NCBI GenBank assembly: GCA_963823435.1
Contig: CAWGLN010000006.1
Location: 69-64,068 of the forward strand
From: an uncultured Gammaproteobacteria bacterium
GTDB taxonomy: Bacteria; Pseudomonadota; Gammaproteobacteria; Steroidobacterales; BM003
Direction: 5' to 3'
DNA length: 64,000 nucleotides
The translations under genes and the position numbers were made by a program. Shown here one piece after another: positions 45,012 to 54,282 of this stretch (the stretch's first letter is position 1; the number at the start of each line of letters is the position of its first letter). The notes below the pieces were generated by a model. That model had not been told where the DNA came from. It did not search any database and saw only the letters and a program-made list of their open reading frames with translations.

Positions 45012-45504
45012 CTTTGTCGCAATAGACTTTGAAACCGCGGCCTACAGTCGGGCCAGCGCCTGTGCTCTCGGCATGGTGTATGTGCGCGACCGACAGATTG
45101 TCGAAGAGAAGACTCTTCTGATACGACCCCCGAGCCGGGAGTTCGTCTTTACTTACATTCACGGCCTGAGCTGGACTGATGTCCAGTATCAACCGACTTT
45201 CGCCGGGCACTGGGACACCATCGAGGAATTCATACACCGGGGTGATTTCCTGGTGGCGCACAATGCAGGCTTCGACCGTGGCGTGATGGGCGGTTGTTGT
45301 GAGCGTTACGCTTTGCCGAAACCGGTGTTGCCCTTCGTATGCACCGTGCAGTTAGCCAGGCGTCTATGGGATATCCGCCCCACGAAGTTGCCCGATGTCT
45401 GTCGCTACCACGGTATCGACTTGAAGCATCACGATGCCGCCTCGGATTCCCGTGCCTGCGCGAAGATCGTGATCGCCGCAGAGGAAGACGGCTGGACCTA
45501 CTAG
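45004..45504 (+). CDS. DEDDh 3'-5' exonuclease (DnaQ-like, stand-alone)
   Basis: AIDFET, VAHNAGFD, HHDAASD. Confidence 0.9.
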   Translation: MSSFVAIDFETAAYSRASACALGMVYVRDRQIVEEKTLLIRPPSREFVFTYIHGLSWTDVQYQPTFAGHWDTIEEFIHRGDFLVAHNAGFDRGVMGGCCERYALPKPVLPFVCTVQLARRLWDIRPTKLPDVCRYHGIDLKHHDAASDSRACAKIVIAAEEDGWTY

Positions 45505-45604
45505 ACGTGCCCCGGGTTTTGGAGATTCTATGGCCCAGCGGGGCTTTTGCTGTAGGATATCAACCTGTTCCGGCTTGCCGACAGAGTACTGCAAGAGAAA
45601 AAAT

Positions 45605-47194
45605 ATGAGTGAAAAACAGTCTGGTATCGGCGGGTATTTCGAAGAACTCAAGCGCCGCAAGGTGATCCGTGTCGCTATCGCCTACGTGGTTGGCGCATGG
45701 GTATTGATGCAGGTTGCCGATGCCACCTTCGAGCCCCTGAACCTGCCGCAATGGTCGACCACCCTGGTATTGTGGCTGCTGGCGCTGGGTTTCCCTGTGG
45801 CGCTGATCCTCGCCTGGGCACTGGAAGTCACGCCTGAAGGTATTCGCCGCACCAGGAAACAACGCCGCAAGCCCGCCAGCGCAACCAAGCAAGCGACCAG
45901 TACCCAGACCGAGCACTCCATCGCGGTGCTGCCATTCAGCGATATGAGTCCGGAGAAAGACCAGGATCATTTCTGCGAGGGCATGGCGGAGGAGATCATC
46001 AACTCGCTGGCTTGTATCCCGGGTGTGCAAGTCGCCTCGCGCACCTCCTCGTTTCAGTTCAAGGGCACCAGCATGGCCATCGACGTGATCGGCGAACGCC
46101 TGAACGTAGATACCGTGCTTGAGGGTAGCGTGAGGAAGGATGGCAACGATTTGCGTGTGACCGCACAGCTGATCAATGTCGCTGATGGGTTCCACATCTG
46201 GTCGAAGAGCTTTGAACGTGAATTAAAAGGCGTATTCGGGATCCAGAAAGAGATCGCGGAGAGCGTGGCCAGGGCATTCAAGCTGTCCATCAGCCCCAGC
46301 ACGGAAAAGGCCATTGAGCACCAGCCCACGCAGAATATGGAGGCGTATGAGGCCTACCTGCGTGGCCGCCGGCACTTCTACCAGTTCAACGATGCGGAAT
46401 GGAAAAAGGCGAGTGTGGAGTTTTCCCGCGCCGTTGATCTTGATCCGGATTACGCCCTGGCCTACGCCGGTCTGGCGGATTGTTATTCACTGATCTACAT
46501 GTATACCGACAGTTCCGTGTCGAATCGTCAGCAGGCGGAGACCAACAGTCGCCTGGCCCTGCAACTTGCACCGGATGTTGCCCAGGTACACGCATCACGT
46601 GGCCTGGCCTTGTCGCACAGCAAGCGTGAGGGTGGTGCCGAGGGCGCCTTTGAGCGGGCCATCGAACTGGATCCCATGTTGTATGACGCGTACTACTATT
46701 ACGGTAGGTATGCCCTGGCAAAAGGCAAATTCGAACAGGCGGTCGAGTTATTCGAAAAAGCCTCGAAGCTGCGTCCCGATGACTACCAGGCGGTGAACCT
46801 GCTGACCCAGGTATACCGGACGCTGGGGCGGGAGGAAGAGCGTGCCGAGGCGACCAGGCGCACCCTCGATCTCATCAAGAAACGCCTGCAAACCACACCG
46901 GATGATATTCGGGCCCTGTGTCTGGGCGCGGGCCGCGCAATTGAGGCTGGTCAGCCTGGGTTAGGACTGGAATGGCTTGAGCGGGCCAGGGCCGGTTCCC
47001 CCGATGACCCGGTGACCTATTACAATATCGCCTGCGCCTACGCCGGTCTGGGAGAAATCGACAAGGCGCTTGAGTGCCTTGAAAAATCCATGTACGGGAT
47101 TTCAGATGCCTCCCTGGAATGGATGGAGAACGACAGCGATCTCGATCCTCTGCGTGAGCACCCGCGTTATAGAGCCCTGGTGGAAAAGCGATAG
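45605..47194 (+). CDS. ELKRR-anchor TolB-N-like/TPR protein, copy 7 (2 TM only)
   Basis: After WALEVTPEG comes basic RRTRKQRRK and then SIAVLPF with no third TM; DSDLDPLREHPRY C-terminus. Confidence 0.9.
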   Translation: MSEKQSGIGGYFEELKRRKVIRVAIAYVVGAWVLMQVADATFEPLNLPQWSTTLVLWLLALGFPVALILAWALEVTPEGIRRTRKQRRKPASATKQATSTQTEHSIAVLPFSDMSPEKDQDHFCEGMAEEIINSLACIPGVQVASRTSSFQFKGTSMAIDVIGERLNVDTVLEGSVRKDGNDLRVTAQLINVADGFHIWSKSFERELKGVFGIQKEIAESVARAFKLSISPSTEKAIEHQPTQNMEAYEAYLRGRRHFYQFNDAEWKKASVEFSRAVDLDPDYALAYAGLADCYSLIYMYTDSSVSNRQQAETNSRLALQLAPDVAQVHASRGLALSHSKREGGAEGAFERAIELDPMLYDAYYYYGRYALAKGKFEQAVELFEKASKLRPDDYQAVNLLTQVYRTLGREEERAEATRRTLDLIKKRLQTTPDDIRALCLGAGRAIEAGQPGLGLEWLERARAGSPDDPVTYYNIACAYAGLGEIDKALECLEKSMYGISDASLEWMENDSDLDPLREHPRYRALVEKR

Positions 47195-47324
47195 AATTAG
47201 GGGGACAGCAACCTTAGAATTAGGGGGACAGCAACCTTATCTCCCACAAAGTAAGACCGTAAATGCAGGCAACGGTTGCCTTCGGCGCCGATCACCCAAG
47301 AGTTAAGGTTACTGTCCCCGAATT
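47192..47324. repeat. REP-like element: 2 x 23-bp tandem repeat plus an inverted copy
   Basis: tagaattagggggacagcaacct twice (47192-47237); internal palindrome aggcaacggttgcct; inverted copy taaggttactgtccccgaatt (47304-47324). Confidence 0.85.
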
Positions 47325-47339
47325 TTTAAAGAGAAAAGC

Positions 47340-48926
47340 ATGAGTGACAAACAGTCTGGCATCGGCGGCTATTTCGAGGAACTCAAGCGCCGCAAGGTGA
47401 TCCGGGTCGCTATCGCCTACGTGGTTGGCGCCTGGGTGCTTATGCAAGTTGCCGATGCCACCTTCGAGCCGCTGAACCTGCCGTCCTGGTCAACCTCGCT
47501 GGTGCTGTGGTTGCTGGCCCTCGGGTTTCCGGTGGCCCTGATCCTTGCCTGGGCGCTGGAAGTGACTCCTGAAGGCATTCGTCGCACAAAGAAGCAGCGC
47601 CGCAAACCGGCCAGCGCGGCCAAGCAATCGGTTGCTGTCCAGACAGAACACTCCATCGCGGTGCTGCCCTTCGCCGACATGAGTCCGGAGAAAGACCAGG
47701 ATCATTTCTGTGAAGGCATGGCGGAGGAAATCATCAATTCCCTGTCCAGGATCCAGGGCGTGCAGGTCGCCTCGCGTACCGCCTCGTTCCAGTTCAAGGG
47801 CACCACCATGGATATCGACTCCATTGGTGAACGCCTGAACGTAAACACCGTGCTTGAGGGCAGCGTGAGAAAGGCCGGGAATCACCTGCGTGTGACCGCC
47901 CAGTTGATCAATGTGGGTGACGGTTACCACATCTGGTCGGAAGGTTTTGATCGTGAACTCAAGGATATTTTCGGGATTCAGAAAGAGATCGCCGAGAACG
48001 TGGCCAGGGCTTTCAAGCTGACCCTGAGCCCGAGCACGGAGAAGGCTATCGAGCATCAGCCGACCCAGAATATGGAGGCCTACGAATATTACCTGCGTGG
48101 ACGTCGCCACTTCTATCAGCTGTGCGACTCGGGCTGGAAAAAGGCACGTGAAGAATTTTCACGCGCCATCGACCTGGATCCGGAGTACGCGCTTGCCTAT
48201 GCCGGGCTGGCCGACTGCTTCTCGTTTATTTATATGTACGCCGACAGTGCGGTCTCTGTGCGTCTGCAAGCCGAGACCAACAGCCGACTGGCGTTGCAAC
48301 TTGCACCGGATGTCGCCCAGGTGCACGCGTCCCGCGGATTGGCCTTGTCGCATAGCAAACGCCAGGAGGGTGCGGAGAAGGCATTCGAACGCGCCATCGA
48401 ACTGGATCCGAAACTCTATGACGCGTATTACTTCTATGGCCGTCATGCTTTTTCGAAGGGGAAATTTGAAAAAGCGGCCGAGTTGTTCGAGAAAGCGGCG
48501 GTAGTACGTCCTGATGATTACCAGGCGCTGGCGCTGCTGGCCCAGGTATACCGGGCGCTGGGTCAGGAGGAAGAAGGCAAGGATGCCCGCAGACGGACCC
48601 TGGAAGCTATTGAGAAGCGCCTGCAGACCTCGCCGGATGACGCCCGGGCGCTGTGTTTTGGTTCGGTAAATTTGATGGCTGCAGGCCAAAAGGAAAAGGG
48701 TATCGAGTGGCTGGAGCGAGCCAGGTCCAGCCAGCCGGATGATGCGCTGAATCTGTATAACGTGGCCTGCGTGTACGCCACTATCGGCGAGGTCGATGAG
48801 GCGCTCGACTGTCTGGAGAAATCCATCCGCAAGGGTATGGCGGAACTTGACTGGATGAAGAACGACAGCGACCTGGATAACCTGCGCGAGCATCCGCGCT
48901 TCAAGGCTTTACTCGAGAAACAGTAA
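47340..48926 (+). CDS. ELKRR-anchor TolB-N-like/TPR protein, copy 8 (2 TM only), tandem duplicate of copy 7
   Basis: Colinear with copy 7 with long identical peptide blocks; ends DSDLDNLREHPRF. Confidence 0.9.
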   Translation: MSDKQSGIGGYFEELKRRKVIRVAIAYVVGAWVLMQVADATFEPLNLPSWSTSLVLWLLALGFPVALILAWALEVTPEGIRRTKKQRRKPASAAKQSVAVQTEHSIAVLPFADMSPEKDQDHFCEGMAEEIINSLSRIQGVQVASRTASFQFKGTTMDIDSIGERLNVNTVLEGSVRKAGNHLRVTAQLINVGDGYHIWSEGFDRELKDIFGIQKEIAENVARAFKLTLSPSTEKAIEHQPTQNMEAYEYYLRGRRHFYQLCDSGWKKAREEFSRAIDLDPEYALAYAGLADCFSFIYMYADSAVSVRLQAETNSRLALQLAPDVAQVHASRGLALSHSKRQEGAEKAFERAIELDPKLYDAYYFYGRHAFSKGKFEKAAELFEKAAVVRPDDYQALALLAQVYRALGQEEEGKDARRRTLEAIEKRLQTSPDDARALCFGSVNLMAAGQKEKGIEWLERARSSQPDDALNLYNVACVYATIGEVDEALDCLEKSIRKGMAELDWMKNDSDLDNLREHPRFKALLEKQ

Positions 48927-49136
48927 TTCCCGCCGGATCAAGTTGCTCCGCTCCCTGATGTCAAATTGAGGAAACAGCGGCTCGTCCGCCCACACGAGCC
49001 CGTTTGCGCGCCAAGCCTGCCAGCCTAATAATAACTTCTTGTTTCTGGACACTATTTATTTCGGCTGGCAGGGAACGCCGGGGACTATAATTTCAGCTAG
49101 ATGTTTTCGGTCTTCAGGGATGGGGGGTGAAAATAC

Positions 49137-50465
49137 ATGAAACGCGTTTTCGACTGGCTGCCTTTCACTTTCCAGCCACACGTCCTGGTGCTTTGTCTTG
49201 TCTTCCCGGTACTGGCCGCTTGTGGCGGAGGCGGGGGTGGCGACGACGGCATCCCCCAGACGATGACCCTCACTGCCTACGCCGTCACGCCCAGTGAGGT
49301 GCGCATCGAGTGGACCTCTCACCCCGGCGTGATCATTGGCTATGACCTGTATCGCGATGGCGCATCAGCTTACCCCTACCACCTCGACGGCACCGGTATC
49401 ACCGACTGGGAACTCACGCCAGCCACCCGCTATTGCTACCTGGTGTATGCCGTGTCCTTTCTGGGCGTAGAGGGTCAAAGCAACCAGGCTTGTGTCACCA
49501 CGCCTTCACTCGCTGGCTGGAATATCGAGACTGTGGGCGCCGGCGACAGTCCCGGCCTGGCCCTGGATGCAGCCAATCAGCGTCATGTCAGTTATCGCAG
49601 TACCGGCGGAATCATGCTGGCGGTCAAGACCGGCGCCTGGCAGTACTCTGTGGTGGATGCGAATGCCGGCGGGTTCGGCGACACCGATGTGCAGGTAGAC
49701 CGCAACAGCGCCAATCACCTGAGCTACTGGGACTACACCAACGCACGCCTTATGGCTGCGACCGACGCTACCGGCGTCTGGATTTCCGAGCTTGTCGACA
49801 ACGGGGGCAACGTCAATGCCCTGGCCCTGGACGGGGCCGGCAACGCCCATCTGCTTTACAACATTCACGAGGACGGCACGATCAATTACGCGACCAATGC
49901 GTCCGGCGCCTGGGTGAGCCAGTGGTTGGCGGGCTTCTCCAGTGGCACCATTTACGACACGGACATCCTGGTGGACAACGGTGGGGTTGTGCACGCGCTA
50001 TTTGCAATTGGAAGCCCGCAGGCCTGTTATGTTTACTACCTGACAAATCCCGGTGGTGTGTGGTCGGATCAGGTCATTGCCAGCGATACTAACTGTGGAG
50101 CAGCCCTGGCGCGGGCCTCAACGGGCGCCCTGCACATGGTGTATTCAACGCCATTCGGCCTGTCGCATGCCTTTTACGGCGGTGGTATTTGGCAGAGCGA
50201 GCAACTGGACAGTTTCAGCTGGATAGGAGGCGACCGTGTGGCCCTGGCAATCGATGACGCCGATCACCTGCATATTGCCTATCGCGATCAGAACTTCGAT
50301 TTGAAATATGCCACCAACTCCACGGGCAGTTGGGAACTTGCCTACGTGGACGGCGATGGGCGAGTGGGTCTCGATCCCTCCATCCTGGTGGATCCCTTAG
50401 GCCGGGTCAGCATCGCCTATACAGACGAGACGCGGGGAACGGTGAAGTTGGCGACCAGCCCCTGA
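49137..50465 (+). CDS. Lipoprotein with FN3 domain and beta-propeller-like repeats
   Basis: VLAAC-GGGGGG lipobox; LTPATRYCY FN3 motif; repeated LALDxxxxxHxSY...YATN..GxW units. Confidence 0.75.
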   Translation: MKRVFDWLPFTFQPHVLVLCLVFPVLAACGGGGGGDDGIPQTMTLTAYAVTPSEVRIEWTSHPGVIIGYDLYRDGASAYPYHLDGTGITDWELTPATRYCYLVYAVSFLGVEGQSNQACVTTPSLAGWNIETVGAGDSPGLALDAANQRHVSYRSTGGIMLAVKTGAWQYSVVDANAGGFGDTDVQVDRNSANHLSYWDYTNARLMAATDATGVWISELVDNGGNVNALALDGAGNAHLLYNIHEDGTINYATNASGAWVSQWLAGFSSGTIYDTDILVDNGGVVHALFAIGSPQACYVYYLTNPGGVWSDQVIASDTNCGAALARASTGALHMVYSTPFGLSHAFYGGGIWQSEQLDSFSWIGGDRVALAIDDADHLHIAYRDQNFDLKYATNSTGSWELAYVDGDGRVGLDPSILVDPLGRVSIAYTDETRGTVKLATSP

Positions 50466-50510
50466 GGGTAGCGGTCTAAAAGGGTGACAGGTGCCTGGTT
50501 TGTCGGGAGC

Positions 50511-52180
50511 TCAGATGAATCCGACCTCTGTCATCAACTTGGTGAATCGCGGATCGTCACGTAATGGGTCCATCAGGGGGTCGACCAAAATCTGACTCAC
50601 GCCCGGATCACCGATATCCCGCGCCCGGTAGCAGGGCGTCAAATGCCTGGTCGATGTTACCCCACTGGGCATGGACCTGGGCCTGCTGATACAGGCCGTT
50701 GTCGCGATAGCCGGCCAGCAGCATACGCCATGGCGGCATCGGCTTCCTCGATGTTGCCCAGCTTGTGCTCAAGGATTGCCAGGCCTGAAAATCGCATCCA
50801 GTCCAGCGGTTCCTTGGCCACCTCAAGGGCGGCGGCTTGTGCATCTCCCAGCATATACTGGCTCATGGCGATACCGTATCGCGGCCTGGGATAATGGGGG
50901 TCCAGCTCGAGTGTGTGGCGACATGCCCGGATGGCCTCCTCGTAGCGACGGGAAAAATACAGGGCGTGCCCCAGCGACTGGTTGGCAAAGGTCGAGATGG
51001 GATCCAGTTCCTGTGCTTTTCTCGCAGCGGCCAGGGCGGCCTCAATGTCACCGGTATTCATACAAATATGTGAGTATTCAATCTGCACGCCCACATTACC
51101 CGGGTCCAGCGCCATGGCGGTTCCAATAGCCTTGCGCGACGCGGCCAGATCCAGCTTGTAGGCGAAGGTGATGTTGGCGAGGACCTGGTAACCGTCCGCC
51201 AGGTCGGGCGCGAGCGCTATGGCCTTCCTGGCAGCGTCTTCGGCCTGGCTGACCACCTGGTCCAGGTCCGCAAAATTATTCCTGGCCAATTGATCCAGCG
51301 AGTCCGCCAGGCCGGCATAGGCATTGGCGTAGTCCGGATCCAGTTCGATGGCACGCCGGTAGGCCGCCACCGCACTGTTGACCGCCGCTTCATCCGAACC
51401 CCGGTTGTGGTAATGCAGCCCCTTCAGGTAGGCCTTGTAGGCTTCCGAGTTGGTGGTGCCGCCGCTGTTGATCTTCGCGGTTTCCTCGCCGAGCAGTTTG
51501 CCCTTGAGCGCCTTGACCACGGCGCTGGCGATCTCGTCCTGCACGGCGAAGATGTCGGTCAGCTCGCGATCAAAGGTCTCTGACCACAGGTGGTAACCGT
51601 CACCGGCATTGATCAGCTGCGCAGTGATTCTCACCTTGGCGCCGGATTGGCGCACACTGCCTTCCAGCACCGTCGCCACGCCCAGGCGTTTTGCCACCTC
51701 GGCGATGTCGCCGGTATGTCCCTTGAAATGAAACGAGGAGGTCCTGGCAGCGACTTTCAATTCGCTGACCTTGGCCAGCATATTTAGTAACTCCTCGGAC
51801 AAGCCATCGGAGAAGTACTCGTTTTCTTTATTACCGCTCATGTTCACGAATGGCAGCACCGCGACAGACGCGCTTGCCGGCGCGTGTCTATCAGCCGGCT
51901 TGGGCTCCTCGGAAGCGACGGGCGTAGCGGCAGCCGAGGGCGTTTCTCTCGCCTCGGTGCGCTTAAGCCCGTCCGGGGTCAGGTCAAAGGCCCAGGCGAA
52001 TACCAGTACCAGGGGAAAGCCGATACCGACCAGCAACATAATGACGCTGAATACCCAGTCCGGCGCATTGATGTTGCCCAGGATGACATCGGATACCTGC
52101 AAGACAATCCACGCCACAACGACATAGGCGATGCTGGCCTTGAATACGTGACGGCGCTTGAGTTCGGCGAAAAAAGACAT
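50511..52180 (-). CDS. ELKRR-anchor TolB-N-like/TPR protein, copy 9 (2 TM only; frameshifts near the C-terminus)
   Basis: MSFFAELKRRHVFK; polar linker with no TM3 before [11 protein letters not shown]; ends DPLMDPLRDDPRF..VGFI. Confidence 0.88.
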
Positions 52181-52346
52181 CGTTATTTTGATTCCCGGTT
52201 GTCGCTGGCAATGATGGGACAATTTGACTGCGTTGTCGACAGCGCGAATTAGTATGCCCCATTGGTACCTGGGTTGTGATCGTGACTTGAGGTCAATTTT
52301 TCGGCAATAATGCCGTCAGGATATAGTTGAGGGACCGGCTAAAGTC

Positions 52347-53876
52347 ATGACCGAAACCATGAACCGCCTTGCATGCGTATTGCTGTTGTCCTGCCTGGTC
52401 GGGAGCGGCCTGGCGGGCTGTACTACAATGGCTCCGGATGTGCTGCCCGAAGAGGACGCGCTTCCGGCGGCTGATACCGCTTTCTGGCACGACATCGTCA
52501 ACGCCCACCCCGCCGACTGGTATCACGTGCTCAATCATGGTGATGAAGCCCTGGTCTGGCGCCTGCGGGCCATCGACAGCGCCACTGTCTCTATCGACAT
52601 GGAGACTTTCCTTTGGAAACCTGACCGCAGTGGCCTGCAGATTCTGGCCGGGCTGCTGGCTGCCGCCGATCGCGGTGTGCGGGTCAGGGTCATGCTGGAT
52701 GACTCCTTCACCATGCACGAGGACCTGGCGCTGCATGCCATGGATGAACATCCCAACATTGAGTACCGTATCTACAACCCGTATCGGTATCGCCAGGACA
52801 ATATGCTGCTGCGTCAGCTGTTCAACCTTGGTGATTTCTCCCGTGTGAATCACCGCATGCATAACAAGGCCCTGGTAGTAGATGGGCACGCGGCCATCAT
52901 AGGCGGGCGCAATCTCGGTGATGAGTACTTCGGCTACGACGAGGCGTTCAACTTTCGTGACATGGAAGTGCTGACGGTTGGCGCGGGCGTCCAGGGCGTG
53001 TCGCATCACTTCGACAAGTACTGGAACAGTGGCTGGGCATTCCCGGTGCACGAGATCATAAAACCGGGCGAGGGCGCCCCCGATCTGCAGGCCATGCGTG
53101 AGTACCTGGCCGCCAATACGCCGCCCGCTGTAGCGCGTGATCCGCTTGCCCTCGAGGCCTTGTGGGTTTCCACCGCAAGGTATGCACATCCAGGAAATTC
53201 GGTATTTTTCTCCGATGCCCCGGCTCACATAAACCCGGCGGCCGAGGAGGAGGCGCCAAACCAGTTGGCCGCCGCACTGATCGCGCTGATCGATGACGCC
53301 AACACCGAGGTGATCCTGGTGTCGGCCTACCTGATCCCAACGCCCGAATTTGAAGCCGCTATCGAGCGTGCCGAGAAGCGCGGAGTGCAGGTACGTATCC
53401 TGACCAACTCATTACGTTCCAACAATCACCTCGCGGCCCATAGCGCCTATCGTGGACACCTGGAGAGCCTGGTGTCTCACGGTGCCGACCTGCACGAGGT
53501 GCGTGTAGATGCGGCAGACCGCCAGCTGTATATGCAAGAGCCGGTGCAGGACAAGCGCCTGGGCCTGCACGCCAAGATGCTCGTTATCGACGATGACCGC
53601 GTCTATGTGGGCAGTTGCAACCTCGATCCGCGTTCACTCAAGATTAATACCGAGGTTGGCTTGATCATCGAGAGCGAGCCCCTGAACCAGGCCCTGCGCG
53701 AGGCGCTCGCTGCGGACTTCGATTCGCGTAATGCCTGGGCGGTGAGAATGTCGGAGGATGGCAATTTGCGATGGCATGGCGAAAACGTCGTGCTGGAAGC
53801 GCCGCCTGCTGATTCGCAGATAGAGCGTCTTGAGGACTGGTTCCTGGGGCTCTTGCCCATAGACGGACAAATGTAA
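52347..53876 (+). CDS. Phospholipase D family lipoprotein (ClsC-like)
   Basis: Two HKD motifs, HNKALVVD..GGRN and HAKMLVID..GSCN; LAGC lipobox. Confidence 0.9.
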   Translation: MTETMNRLACVLLLSCLVGSGLAGCTTMAPDVLPEEDALPAADTAFWHDIVNAHPADWYHVLNHGDEALVWRLRAIDSATVSIDMETFLWKPDRSGLQILAGLLAAADRGVRVRVMLDDSFTMHEDLALHAMDEHPNIEYRIYNPYRYRQDNMLLRQLFNLGDFSRVNHRMHNKALVVDGHAAIIGGRNLGDEYFGYDEAFNFRDMEVLTVGAGVQGVSHHFDKYWNSGWAFPVHEIIKPGEGAPDLQAMREYLAANTPPAVARDPLALEALWVSTARYAHPGNSVFFSDAPAHINPAAEEEAPNQLAAALIALIDDANTEVILVSAYLIPTPEFEAAIERAEKRGVQVRILTNSLRSNNHLAAHSAYRGHLESLVSHGADLHEVRVDAADRQLYMQEPVQDKRLGLHAKMLVIDDDRVYVGSCNLDPRSLKINTEVGLIIESEPLNQALREALAADFDSRNAWAVRMSEDGNLRWHGENVVLEAPPADSQIERLEDWFLGLLPIDGQM

Positions 53877-54282
53877 ATCTCCCTGTGCATGATGCAGATT
53901 CTGTCAACTGCCGACCTGCTCCAGTTCGAATTCACACACTGATCGCAGACGACGGAGGTAGCGCCCGGGGACCCTCTTATCCAGGTGCCTCACCGGCGTG
54001 TCCGCGCCGAGACACATTCCAGTCTGGATTCACTCCATTTTCTTGCGGCAATTACGAACTGGTTTCCGCAGCTATTCTGCGCTAGACATGACTAAAACCA
54101 AGAAAGCCGCCGCGCTAGGGAGCGTGCAAACATCGGCAAGAGAATCTGACCTTTTTCAGGCGCCTGGTCCCTGGAAACCCGTACGAACATCGTTCACCTG
54201 TTTTGACAGACCTAAGCAGCCATGGCGCTGGACCGGGTCTGGCTGATGTACGGGATCTGTTGAGGGAAACAGGAGAAAGGTT

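Noticed and set aside
47192-47239. Mini CRISPR array
   Set aside because: The two 23-bp units are directly adjacent with no spacer, and no cas genes are present.
16520-52180. Calling the paralogs adenylate cyclases or TolB
   Set aside because: No cyclase catalytic domain and no TolB beta-propeller; only the TolB-N-like domain and TPRs are present.
52293-53228. Long antisense ORFs (also 7099-8148, 20558-21343, 62963-63925)
   Set aside because: Shadow ORFs expected opposite real genes in GC-rich DNA; they carry no recognisable motifs.
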